The notes beneath the pieces are model-generated. The model searched no databases. It saw only the letters and a program-made list of their open reading frames with translations, and had not been told where the DNA came from. Positions 53,273 through 62,304 of a DNA stretch of 64,000 bases are shown piece by piece; within the stretch, counting starts at the first letter, position 1; each line of letters starts with the position of its first letter. The translations under genes and the position numbers were made by a program. This DNA is from Candidatus Levyibacteriota bacterium. Lineage in GTDB: Bacteria > Patescibacteriota > Microgenomatia > Levybacterales > UBA12049. The DNA lies in NCBI GenBank assembly GCA_016182425.1, contig JACPGP010000016.1, positions 9,353 to 73,352 on the forward strand, given 5' to 3'.

Positions 53273-55075
53273 CTATCTTTGAAATACGACAACTTCTGAG
53301 CCTGGATGATTTTTTATTGACGCCTGTGCTGGAACATACTCAACGACAGGATAGTTACCTCTTTGTATGAGTTTTTGCGCCTCAATGATAACAGTAGGCA
53401 TGGCGTCTAAAACATCTGCAAAAAAGTTTAATTGTCGAGCAACCTCTCTGTTTAAATGATAATAAAATGTTTCAAAACTAGAACCACCTAATTTTCTTTT
53501 GATAGATCCTAAAACATCAAGGTATTTATCCGTTTTCTCGGCAATGTCTCTTAAGTCTTCTGGCGCGCTTGTTGCTAGTTTTCGTGATGATAAATCTTTT
53601 AATTTCCTTGTACATATTTCAGCTAAGCCATCCATTAAGCTATAAACTTGCTCAGCATGATCTCTGGGGGCAACATAGTCTGGATCAACTCGAGTCATGC
53701 GTATTCTTACAGCAGAAGGATCAAAATGAAGACGTCTTGAAGCTTCTAATGCGGCAATATTGCCAACTAAAGAGGCAGTTGCTTGTTCGTGAAGGTCAGG
53801 TCTGTATCCTGTTCGAGCGCGATTATGATATACCTGTGTATCTATGCCAGAAAGATAGGCATACTGTTGACCTATCCGTTCATATACTACCTGTAGCCAA
53901 ACAGGAAGTAATTCGTTGTCAGCTCGGTAATGTCCTGTGACTGTCTGAAGAGGGTTCTCTCGAGATATTCTATCATTTGAAACAAACCACCATGGCCAAA
54001 AAGCAGTATTTTCATCGATTTGTCTTGCAATACACGCAGAATCGACATTTGTATCAGCTTTTCTATAAACGAAGAGCTCACTTGGGCCTGAAGGATAAGA
54101 ACTTATCGGGATTTCTTCTTCTGGAAATTCAGCTTCTAAATGTGCTTGCGCTATTTTTACAGTCCGATAATCAGGAACACCATGTTTTGTGGCGGTAGTT
54201 GCTACAATTAGTGAATTATCTGCATCTGGAAGATCATCTTCTTCTATGTCTGCATGAGTTACCACAAACTGGGCAGATTCACCTTTTATTGCTTTTTCTA
54301 ATTCTCCGTGCATAGTATCTTTAAACTTATGCGTTGCTCTCATTCCTGGATGTTTTTGTCTAACTTCACCGACAGTTTTTCCAAGTTCAGTAAAGAATGG
54401 ACTTATTGTATTTGTTATAACATCAAACATTTTTTCTGAAAGAGCTTCTCTGTCATCAAGGAGTACTTGACTATTTGGTTTTCGAGTAAGACCGTGAGGC
54501 AAAACGTCTTCTTTTAATACTCCATAGTGTTCTGGAATTATTGTGTCGTCATCAAGCTCTAATGTCTTTAATGGTCGATTTGCAACGAGGGCAAGTCCGC
54601 CCGCAACTACATCAAGTTTGGCCCGTTGGCTTGCATAACCAGTCATAGTTAAAACAGCGTCAACAATCTCTCGGGGAATTTTTGCCTTTCCCGCTATAAT
54701 ATCCGCAGTTTTTCTTTGAGTTTCAGGTGTGAGAAGAAATAATCGTGAAGGATGTGGAATTTCATGAAGACGTTGTAGGGTAGAAAGGCGGGCAACATCT
54801 GTTCCAGGTTGATTAGAGGCATCACCAAGAATTACCCATGTATCTTTAATTAATCCTTCTCGACTTAAAGCACCTTGGACAGAATAAAGCATGTTGGGAA
54901 GATGTGCGGGTTGACCATTTATTCCCCAGCGATTCATCGTAGGACTTAAAACAATGTTATCTGGAGCATCAGGAGGTAAAGTGGTGGTAATAAGTTCGCC
55001 AGCAGCATTAGGGCTATGTCCATGTATAGGAAGATGGCCATTAGGCGCAATAATTCCCTTATATGCCTCTTTCAT
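53273..55075 (-). CDS. Large (600 aa) uncharacterised soluble protein with a DxD-like motif
   Basis: The ORF is uninterrupted and GC-richer than its surroundings (52% in the line at 53761). It contains LELDDDTIIP. No family recognised. Confidence 0.6.
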   Translation of the reverse strand: MKEAYKGIIAPNGHLPIHGHSPNAAGELITTTLPPDAPDNIVLSPTMNRWGINGQPAHLPNMLYSVQGALSREGLIKDTWVILGDASNQPGTDVARLSTLQRLHEIPHPSRLFLLTPETQRKTADIIAGKAKIPREIVDAVLTMTGYASQRAKLDVVAGGLALVANRPLKTLELDDDTIIPEHYGVLKEDVLPHGLTRKPNSQVLLDDREALSEKMFDVITNTISPFFTELGKTVGEVRQKHPGMRATHKFKDTMHGELEKAIKGESAQFVVTHADIEEDDLPDADNSLIVATTATKHGVPDYRTVKIAQAHLEAEFPEEEIPISSYPSGPSELFVYRKADTNVDSACIARQIDENTAFWPWWFVSNDRISRENPLQTVTGHYRADNELLPVWLQVVYERIGQQYAYLSGIDTQVYHNRARTGYRPDLHEQATASLVGNIAALEASRRLHFDPSAVRIRMTRVDPDYVAPRDHAEQVYSLMDGLAEICTRKLKDLSSRKLATSAPEDLRDIAEKTDKYLDVLGSIKRKLGGSSFETFYYHLNREVARQLNFFADVLDAMPTVIIEAQKLIQRGNYPVVEYVPAQASIKNHPGSEVVVFQR

Positions 55076-55230
55076 AAATCCACAAGATTACTTTGTTAGA
55101 GGATACTTTTCGTATTGTATCTTATGTCATTAGTCCACCTGCTTGACTATTGGGGAATTTTTTACAGACAGCAACCTGACAAATAGTCCTTGCTAAAAGG
55201 GTAAAAACGCATTACAATACATTGGTCTAT

Positions 55231-56538
55231 ATGGAAAATTTGGTTGTCGAGGCAACCTATCCGATTACCTTTCGCCAAGATGATGCGCAAACGCTTGGAA
55301 AATACCTCCAAGGCCATCACTCGGTAGTTCTTATTGGCATGAAGCGGGTAGGAATCAGCAATTTTTTGAGATTTTTCCTTAATCACAAGGACATTATTCC
55401 AACCTACATTAGTAGAACCGATAAACACCTTTTTATTCCCGTTGACTTAAGCGATCTGGTGGAGCGGGAAATTTTTCCATTCTGGATATTAACCCTAAAG
55501 CGAATCTCCGATACTGTAGCGCAATCTTCTCTTGTTGACAGGAAAGTAAAAAAAGAAATTGAAGGGCTTTTTCTCAGCAGCATTCAGTCGAAAGATCTTT
55601 TTTTGGTTATTGATAATGTCAGAAGAAGCTTGCGTGTTATTATTCAGAGCGGTGTCTACCCAACGCTTTTTTTTCTGCGGTTTGATAGGATAAAAGAAGT
55701 AGTAACTGCTGAATTTTTCGATAATCTGCAGGGGTTAAAAGACGCCACGCATCAGAAGATGTCGTATGTGTTCACAAGCTACAGAGGGCTTGATAAACTC
55801 GCTCCATCAGTTTTTACCAAATCGTCTCTTTCCATGTTTTCGCACGATATGTACATAAAACCCGTAAGACAAGAGGATGTGCGGGTTGTTTGCAAGTCGT
55901 ATCAAAAAATGTATCGGCAACATCTCCCGTTAGATGTGCGCAGTTGGTTACACGAAATTGTCGATGGATACATTCAGTATTTGCAGCTGGGGCTTATTTT
56001 GTTGCGCACAAAGCACATTGCAATAAAAAGCAAGGAAGATCTTTTTAGTTTTGTTATGAATGATGAGCAAATCAATCTGCAGTCAGAGGAGTTATGGGAG
56101 AGTTTTGATCCGGCAGAACAGGGACTTCTTATAAAAGTTGTCCAAGGTGCAAGAATAAGCAGTGAAGACAAAACAGCGGCTAAATACCTTTGGGATACTG
56201 GTGTCTTGACGGAAAAAGCAGAGAAGCAGATATTCTTTAGCCCCCTATTTTTGTATTATGTAAAGCAAAAAATAGATAAGAAGGTGGATCAAAACGGCAT
56301 TGAGTTCACAAAAAAAGAACACCTCCTTTTTCAGGTGCTCAAAGAGCAGCAAAACCAGGTGTGCGAGCGGGAGATTATTATTGAACGTGTTTGGAAAGAA
56401 GCAGAAAGCTTTGGTGTTTCTGATTGGGCAATAGATCGTTTGGTAGCTAGAGTTAGAGGAAAATTAAAAAGACAGGGAAGTGAGTACGAAATTCAAACAA
56501 TTAAAACCAGAGGATATAAACTCGTAAGTAGTAAGTAG
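55231..56538 (+). CDS. Paralogue of 20839..22023: degenerate NTPase domain + OmpR/PhoB-type wHTH
   Basis: The C-terminus reads EREIIIERVWKE...IDRLVARVRGKLKR...IKTRGYKL. The Walker A position reads GMKRVGIS, so the conserved Lys is absent. The promoter is TTGCTA-17-TACAAT (55190-55218). Confidence 0.7.
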   Translation: MENLVVEATYPITFRQDDAQTLGKYLQGHHSVVLIGMKRVGISNFLRFFLNHKDIIPTYISRTDKHLFIPVDLSDLVEREIFPFWILTLKRISDTVAQSSLVDRKVKKEIEGLFLSSIQSKDLFLVIDNVRRSLRVIIQSGVYPTLFFLRFDRIKEVVTAEFFDNLQGLKDATHQKMSYVFTSYRGLDKLAPSVFTKSSLSMFSHDMYIKPVRQEDVRVVCKSYQKMYRQHLPLDVRSWLHEIVDGYIQYLQLGLILLRTKHIAIKSKEDLFSFVMNDEQINLQSEELWESFDPAEQGLLIKVVQGARISSEDKTAAKYLWDTGVLTEKAEKQIFFSPLFLYYVKQKIDKKVDQNGIEFTKKEHLLFQVLKEQQNQVCEREIIIERVWKEAESFGVSDWAIDRLVARVRGKLKRQGSEYEIQTIKTRGYKLVSSK

Positions 56539-56547
56539 TAAGGGATT

Positions 56548-57036
56548 TTATTCATTGAAATCAATTTCTTCAATTTTCCCGTCTTTTATTACTAATAATA
56601 CTCCTGTTTTTGGGTAATCATATAATTGAAATAAGGTAAATTTGTTTCTTAAAACCAGGTTTTTTATTGCAGCAATAACAGCGCCGTGGGTGCAGATAAG
56701 AACACTTTGGTAATTTGATTTCTCAATATATTGCAGAAAATCTTTTACCCGATCACGTAAATCATTAAATGATTCTTCGTTGTATTCATTCAGCCGTTTG
56801 TCAAAAGTAAATTTCTTTCCGGTTTTTTTGGTTACAATGGCTGCAGTTTGGCGGCATCTAACAAACTCTGAACATACATTGAATTGGGATGGTATCTTTT
56901 TTAGATAATTTGCCATTTTTTCTATTGGCGGTTTGCCTTCAGCAAGAAGCTCTGCGGTGACAATTTTGTCTCCGTACCCAAACAAGCTTTTTGTTGCCAG
57001 GCCGTGGCGGAATATATAAAAAGTTTTGTTGCTCAT
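56548..57036 (-). CDS. Histidine phosphatase (phosphoglycerate mutase-like) family protein
   Basis: FYIFRHGLAT carries the RHG motif and ...LICTHGAVI the second His. Confidence 0.85.
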   Translation of the reverse strand: MSNKTFYIFRHGLATKSLFGYGDKIVTAELLAEGKPPIEKMANYLKKIPSQFNVCSEFVRCRQTAAIVTKKTGKKFTFDKRLNEYNEESFNDLRDRVKDFLQYIEKSNYQSVLICTHGAVIAAIKNLVLRNKFTLFQLYDYPKTGVLLVIKDGKIEEIDFNE

Positions 57037-58271
57037 AATAGTTTTTTATACGCTGTTGTAACTTGTTTTGCAACGTTTTTCCAAGAGAGTGTTTCAACTC
57101 GTTTGTGAACAAGTTTGCTTATTTTTTCATACTCATTTGTATTTGTAAGCAAAAACGCAATTTGAGAAGCAAGAAGAAGGGGATTATTAACAGAGGTAAT
57201 TAATCTCTGGTATTGTTTATCAAAAAGACTTGTTATGCCTGAAACATTTGTTGTTATAACAGGTGTTCCGCAGCTCATTGCTTCAAGTGCACTCATCCCG
57301 AATGATTCATAGTGTGACGGCATAACGACCACCTCTGCTGCATTGTAATAGTAGGGAAGTTTGTGTTGATGCTTTTTACCTACAAAATATACAACTGTTT
57401 CCATGTTAAGAAGGTTTCTTAATTTTTCAAGTCTTTGAAGCTCTTTTGACCAAAGATGTTTTTTTTGGGATATGTCGCCACCAATAATCCATAAACACAC
57501 CTTAATGTTTGGATTTTGTTTAAGTAAAATTTTTAATGCATACAAAAGCATATCAATGCCTTTAAGCGGTTCTATTCTTCCAACGAATAAAACAAGTTTG
57601 TGGTCAGGACTTGCGCCGATATGTTTTTTTGCCTTTACTTTATCCATAGGTTGAAAAAGTGTTGTGTCAACGCCCGGGTAGACAACTATTATTTTTTCTT
57701 TAGGACAGTTGTAAAGATACTGCAGGTATTGAGCATCGGTTTGGCTTGATGCAACAATGTGATTTGCTTCTTTTACTAGCGTTATTTCAGCATCAATACG
57801 TTCTTTTTCTTCGCGTTCAAGCTCGTCCCTTGCAACTAAGTTTTTCATAAGAGCTAGGGTATGAAAGTTGATAATAAACGGTGTGTCGGCAAACTCTTTT
57901 TGTTGTAGTTTTTGACACACCATGCCTGAAAGGTAGTAATGTGCATGAAATAAATTATAGGATACAGTTTCTTTATGAGTAAAGGAGAGAAAACTTTCTA
58001 CAAACTCGTCTACGTACGCAATAACTTGTTTTTTGGGTATGGGTTTTTCAGGGCCTGCGACAAGATGAATAACTCGGAGGTTTTTATTGACAGCAACGAT
58101 CTTAGGATGGACTTTGCTTTGCGATCTTGTAAAGATATCAATAATAAACCCACGTTTTGCAAGCTCTTTTGAGAGCGCCATAACATATACATTCATGCCG
58201 CCGGTTTCCTTGCCTTCCTGGAAAGCTAGAGGACAGGTATGAACCGAGAATATGGCGATTCGCTTTTGCAT
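57033..58271 (-). CDS. GT4-family glycosyltransferase (MshA/sucrose-phosphate-synthase-like N-terminus)
   Basis: IAIFSVHTCPLAFQEGKETGGMNVYV...VVMPSHYESFGMSALEAMSCGTPVI carries the EX7E motif. Confidence 0.85.
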   Translation of the reverse strand: MQKRIAIFSVHTCPLAFQEGKETGGMNVYVMALSKELAKRGFIIDIFTRSQSKVHPKIVAVNKNLRVIHLVAGPEKPIPKKQVIAYVDEFVESFLSFTHKETVSYNLFHAHYYLSGMVCQKLQQKEFADTPFIINFHTLALMKNLVARDELEREEKERIDAEITLVKEANHIVASSQTDAQYLQYLYNCPKEKIIVVYPGVDTTLFQPMDKVKAKKHIGASPDHKLVLFVGRIEPLKGIDMLLYALKILLKQNPNIKVCLWIIGGDISQKKHLWSKELQRLEKLRNLLNMETVVYFVGKKHQHKLPYYYNAAEVVVMPSHYESFGMSALEAMSCGTPVITTNVSGITSLFDKQYQRLITSVNNPLLLASQIAFLLTNTNEYEKISKLVHKRVETLSWKNVAKQVTTAYKKLL

Positions 58272-58368
58272 ATCTGGATATTATAGCATTCGGGAATATA
58301 TCGGGGAATATGCGGGAATTATGATCTCATTGAGCACCTAAGCTTCTTATGTTAGAATTAGCTTCAGC

Positions 58369-60462
58369 ATGGATAAAGTGTACAACCATAAAGAAATTGA
58401 GGAGAAAATTTATAAAGAGTGGGAAGAGAAGAGATATTTTAAACCAGAAATAAATCCAAACGGAAAACCCTACACAATTATTTTGCCCCCCCCAAACGCC
58501 AACGGCGCATTGCATTTTGGCCATGCCATGTTTACGGTTGAGGATATTTTAATTCGCTACCACCGAATGAAGGGTGATGCTGCGTTGTGGCTTCCGGGAA
58601 CAGATCATGCGGGAATTGAAACACAGTTTGTCTTTGAGAGAAAATTAAAGCTCGAGGGGAAATCTAGATTAGACTATGACCAAGAAACATTTTATAAAAT
58701 GATTTGGGGATATGTCGAAGAGCACAGGGGAGGAATACAAAATCAACTTCGAAAACTTGGGTTTTCTTTAGACTGGAGCCGGGAAAAATATACCCTTGAT
58801 CCGGCAGTTATTAAATTAGTTTACAAAACATTTAAAAGAATGTTTGATGAAGGAATTGCTTATCGAGACTACAGACTTGTAAATTACTGCACAAGAGATG
58901 GTACCAGCTTTTCGGATTTAGAAGTTAAGCAAGTTGAACAAAAAGACCCGCTTTATTACCTGAAATACGGTCCGTTTGTCTTGGCAACTGTCCGTCCTGA
59001 AACAAAATTTGGCGACACAGCAGTGGCTGTTAATCCAAATGACAAAAGATATCAAAAATGGATTGGAAGGGAAATAGAAGTAGAAGGACTACTTGGAAAG
59101 TTTAAGCTAAAAGTAATTGCCGATGATGTGATAGATCCAAATTTTGGAACAGGTGTTGCTAAAGTAACTCCATCTATTGACATGAAAGATTTTGAAATAG
59201 GGAAGCGGCATAATTTGCCACTTAAACTTATTGTTGGTTTTGATGGAAAACTAACAGATATCGCAGGGCCGTATGCTGGTTTGTATGTTAAAGAAGCTAG
59301 GAAAAAAGTTGTCCAAGATTTGCAAAAGAAAGGTCTTATTGAAAAAATTGATGACAATTATATACATACTATTGCTACTTGCTACAAATGCGGTATGACA
59401 CTTGAGCCATTACCCAAAGAGCAATGGTTTGTGAAGGTAAAGCCACTTGCGCAGCGGGCAATAGAGGTGGTTAAAAAAGGAGAAATTAAAATTACGCCAA
59501 GAAATTTTGAAAACACATATTTTCAATGGCTTGAAAATCTGCGCGACTGGAATATTTCTCGTCAGATTGTTTGGGGGATTCGTATTCCTGCATGGAGAAA
59601 CAAAAAAACAGGAGAGTGGGTAGTAACAGAAGGTGATATACCAAGTGGTAATGAATGGGAGCAAGATACAGATACATTTGACACCTGGTTTTCATCAGGA
59701 CAATGGCCATATATAACGCTTCTAACAACGAAACCAGGTGATTTTGAAAAGTTTTACCCAACATCGGTTATGGAAACTGGCTACGATATTCTCAAAGCAT
59801 GGGTAAGCAGAATGATGATGATGGGAATTTATGCTACCGGAAAAGTTCCATTCAGAGATATCGTATTGCATGGATTGGTGAATGATCCATATGGCAAAAA
59901 AATGAGCAAAAGCAAGGGAAATGTGGTAAATCCTCTAGAACTTGTGGAGCAGTACGGCGCAGATGCAGTGCGTTTTGCCTTAATGTATGGGAATGCCACA
60001 GGAAATGATCAGAGTTTGTCATATCCAAAACTTGACGCAGCACGCAAGTTTACTAATAAACTATGGAACATAGGTCGTTTCATTAATATGAAACGGATTT
60101 ACGATTTACGATTTACGATTTACGATTCAAGAGACGAGTTACTAAAACATGCGATACATGAGAAGGACAGAGAGATGGTTAAACGGGTAGAAAAACTTGC
60201 AAAAGAAATAACTAAAGATATTGATAATTATAACTTTAATTTCGCCGCGGAAAAGTTGTATGATTTTATCTGGCATATGTTTGCAGATAAGTATATAGAA
60301 GATGTCAAAACTCGCATTGATGAAAATTCTTGCTTAGTACTTACTACTTTATACTTAATACTGTTAAAATTACTGCATCCTTTTATGCCGTTTGTGACAG
60401 AAGAGATATATAAACGTCTTGGTGGGCAAGAATCAATTATGATATCAAAATGGCCAAAGTAA
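58369..60462 (+). CDS. valS: Valine--tRNA ligase, short form (697 aa)
   Basis: PPPNANGALHFGHAM (HIGH), KMSKSKGN (KMSKS) and ETGYDILKAWVSRM. Confidence 0.85.
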   Translation: MDKVYNHKEIEEKIYKEWEEKRYFKPEINPNGKPYTIILPPPNANGALHFGHAMFTVEDILIRYHRMKGDAALWLPGTDHAGIETQFVFERKLKLEGKSRLDYDQETFYKMIWGYVEEHRGGIQNQLRKLGFSLDWSREKYTLDPAVIKLVYKTFKRMFDEGIAYRDYRLVNYCTRDGTSFSDLEVKQVEQKDPLYYLKYGPFVLATVRPETKFGDTAVAVNPNDKRYQKWIGREIEVEGLLGKFKLKVIADDVIDPNFGTGVAKVTPSIDMKDFEIGKRHNLPLKLIVGFDGKLTDIAGPYAGLYVKEARKKVVQDLQKKGLIEKIDDNYIHTIATCYKCGMTLEPLPKEQWFVKVKPLAQRAIEVVKKGEIKITPRNFENTYFQWLENLRDWNISRQIVWGIRIPAWRNKKTGEWVVTEGDIPSGNEWEQDTDTFDTWFSSGQWPYITLLTTKPGDFEKFYPTSVMETGYDILKAWVSRMMMMGIYATGKVPFRDIVLHGLVNDPYGKKMSKSKGNVVNPLELVEQYGADAVRFALMYGNATGNDQSLSYPKLDAARKFTNKLWNIGRFINMKRIYDLRFTIYDSRDELLKHAIHEKDREMVKRVEKLAKEITKDIDNYNFNFAAEKLYDFIWHMFADKYIEDVKTRIDENSCLVLTTLYLILLKLLHPFMPFVTEEIYKRLGGQESIMISKWPK
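60097..60127 (+). repeat. Heptanucleotide array (ATTTACG)x4 + ATT inside valS
   Basis: Read directly. It encodes IYDLRFTIYDS. Confidence 0.9.
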
Positions 60463-60800
60463 AATTACATTTACCGAGCATTTTCCGATCTTTTTCCGAC
60501 AAACTATTTGGGATATTAGTTTTTTTGCTCTTAATTGCAGTAATTGCATCTGGTATCCGAGTCTACGATCATTTTCAGAAGCGTCAATTTGTGCTGGGAG
60601 AACGACTTGCTATTTTAGAAAAAATAACCTTCTGGGAAGAAGTTGCAAAAAAATATAAAGGATACAGAGATGGATATTTCCAGCTGGCAGTTTTAGAGTA
60701 TCAATTAGGAGAGAAAGAAAAGGCAAAAATGTATCTTGAGAAAGTCTTTGAGCTTGATCCGAATTTTGAAGAAGGAAGGAGCTTGGAAAAACTACTCTGA
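60450..60800 (+). CDS. Small N-terminally anchored TPR-like protein
   Basis: A TM helix LFGILVFLLLIAVIASGI is followed by GYFQLAVLEYQLGEKEKAKMYLEKVFELDPNF. It overlaps the valS end by 13 nt. Confidence 0.5.
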   Translation: MAKVKLHLPSIFRSFSDKLFGILVFLLLIAVIASGIRVYDHFQKRQFVLGERLAILEKITFWEEVAKKYKGYRDGYFQLAVLEYQLGEKEKAKMYLEKVFELDPNFEEGRSLEKLL

Positions 60801-61520
60801 CTTTTCCTCAGGCTTCTTATTCTCTTTCTGTGCTTCTGCGGGTTTTTCTCCTTCTGTCTTTGCTTCTCCTTCGGCTGGAGCCTCACCTTCCGCAGGAGCA
60901 GCTTCGGCTTTTGCTGCTTCTTTGGCTGCAGCTTCAGCTGCTGCCTCTTTCTCAGCCTCTTTGGTGACAAGTTCGGCTATTTTTACAACAATCTGCGCGG
61001 GCTCTGTTAAAACAGTAACGCCGCTTCCAACTTTTAGATCGCCAATAGTTATTTGATCGCCAACATTTGTCAAATGTTCGATGTTAACCTCGATTTTTTC
61101 TGGTAGATCTGCTGGAAGCGCCTCTACTTCAACTTCATTGAGAGTTTGCATAAGAAGTCCAAGCTTGTCTGTAATGGCTTTTGGTTCACCAATAGTGGTA
61201 ACAGGCACAAACGTTTTTACTTTTTCTTTTAGGTTTACTTGGTAAAAATCTGCATGAAGAGGAATTTTTGTGATGTAGTCTTTTTGGACATTATGAATAA
61301 GAACAGGGCGTGTCTCTCCACCTACTTCAAGATCAATAAGACCGGTTTCCCCAGCTTCTTTATACGTTGCTTCAAAATCTTTAAATGGAGCTTGAACAGC
61401 AAGAGACTTAATGCCTTTTCCGTAAATATTAGCAGGGAAAATACCGTTTTTGCGCAGTTTCTTAACTTTTTTTCCAAGTGCATCTCGTTTTTCAGCTTTT
61501 AATGTTGGTTTTTTCGCCAT
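60792..61520 (-). CDS. rplY: 50S ribosomal protein L25/Ctc with an Ala/Glu/Lys-rich tail
   Basis: LKAEKRDALGKKVKKLRKNGIFPANIYGKG...VLIHNVQKD...PLHADFYQV. Confidence 0.9.
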   Translation of the reverse strand: MAKKPTLKAEKRDALGKKVKKLRKNGIFPANIYGKGIKSLAVQAPFKDFEATYKEAGETGLIDLEVGGETRPVLIHNVQKDYITKIPLHADFYQVNLKEKVKTFVPVTTIGEPKAITDKLGLLMQTLNEVEVEALPADLPEKIEVNIEHLTNVGDQITIGDLKVGSGVTVLTEPAQIVVKIAELVTKEAEKEAAAEAAAKEAAKAEAAPAEGEAPAEGEAKTEGEKPAEAQKENKKPEEKSE

Positions 61521-61564
61521 AAAGATTAGTATAGCATATTTAGGTGGTATAATCTACTTATGTT

Positions 61565-62062
61565 ATGGTTGTTTTAGGAATTGATCCGGGGATTGGAAGA
61601 ATGGGGTGGGGAGCTATAATAGTGCAAAGTTCAAAGTGCAAAGTTCAAAGCTGCGGATGCATTGAAACGGCGGCGAAGTTAAGGACCGAAGAACGGTTGC
61701 TGCAAATTTATCAAGACCTCACAAAGATTATAAAAGAATATCAGCCGGATGTATTGGCAATTGAGGAGCTTTTTTTTGGCGCAAATGCCAAGACAGCCTT
61801 AGTTGTTGGTCAGGCGCGAGGAGTTGCGCTTTTGGTTGCAGGACAAAATAAATTACCTATTGCAGTCTACACACCGCTTCAAGTAAAAGTTGCCTTAACT
61901 GGGTATGGAAGAGCAGAAAAAAATCAAATTGGGCAGATGGTCAAAGTATTACTCAAGCTTTCATCAATCCCAAAACCAGATGATACAGCAGATGCCCTAG
62001 CTGTTGCCCTCACCCACGCATTTTCGAGAAAATACGGCGTTTTGACAAGCAAGAAAAGATAG
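61565..62062 (+). CDS. ruvC: Holliday junction resolvase RuvC
   Basis: VLGIDPGIGRMGWG...LAIEELFF...GQARG...PDDTADALAVALTH. Confidence 0.9.
   Translation: MVVLGIDPGIGRMGWGAIIVQSSKCKVQSCGCIETAAKLRTEERLLQIYQDLTKIIKEYQPDVLAIEELFFGANAKTALVVGQARGVALLVAGQNKLPIAVYTPLQVKVALTGYGRAEKNQIGQMVKVLLKLSSIPKPDDTADALAVALTHAFSRKYGVLTSKKR
61622..61649 (+). repeat. Heptanucleotide array (GTGCAAA GTTCAAA)x2 inside ruvC
   Basis: Read directly. It is 28 nt long and encodes VQSSKCKVQS in the first beta-hairpin. Confidence 0.9.
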
Positions 62063-62079
62063 ACTACAATGCACTTGTT

Positions 62080-62301
62080 ATGAAAAAGATACAACAAACG
62101 TTACAAAGCAGTATCGAACAAGAAACCCTCTTTAGAAATTGGGAAAAATATAGAGGGAGCATTGTTATGGTGGTGGGCAACGAAGTTTTTTCGACAAAAC
62201 GAGCAAAAAATGTTGATAAAATGCTTATGGAGATAGAAGACAAATACCATAAACAACCACTCATTACCTATATTCCAAAAGAAGGAACCCTTATTCTTTA
62301 G
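62080..62301 (+). CDS. Small DUF5678-like protein
   Basis: WEKYRGSIVMVVGNEVFSTKRAKNVDKMLMEIEDKYHKQPLITYIPKEGTLIL resembles DUF5678 as I recall it. The call is low certainty. Confidence 0.45.
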   Translation: MKKIQQTLQSSIEQETLFRNWEKYRGSIVMVVGNEVFSTKRAKNVDKMLMEIEDKYHKQPLITYIPKEGTLIL

Positions 62302-62304
62302 TAT

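Noticed and set aside
60097-60127. Possible CRISPR array or other spacer-repeat structure at the heptamer arrays (also 15464 and 61622)
   Set aside because: The units are 7 nt, strictly tandem with no spacers, total only 28-31 nt and lie inside conserved CDSs. No cas genes are in the window.
60825-60960. Repetitive Ala/Glu/Lys-coding DNA at the rplY 3' end, and the PT-rich tracts at 2760-2830 and 23220-23280
   Set aside because: These are low-complexity linker or tail coding sequences, which is a composition effect. They have no defined repeat unit or inverted structure.
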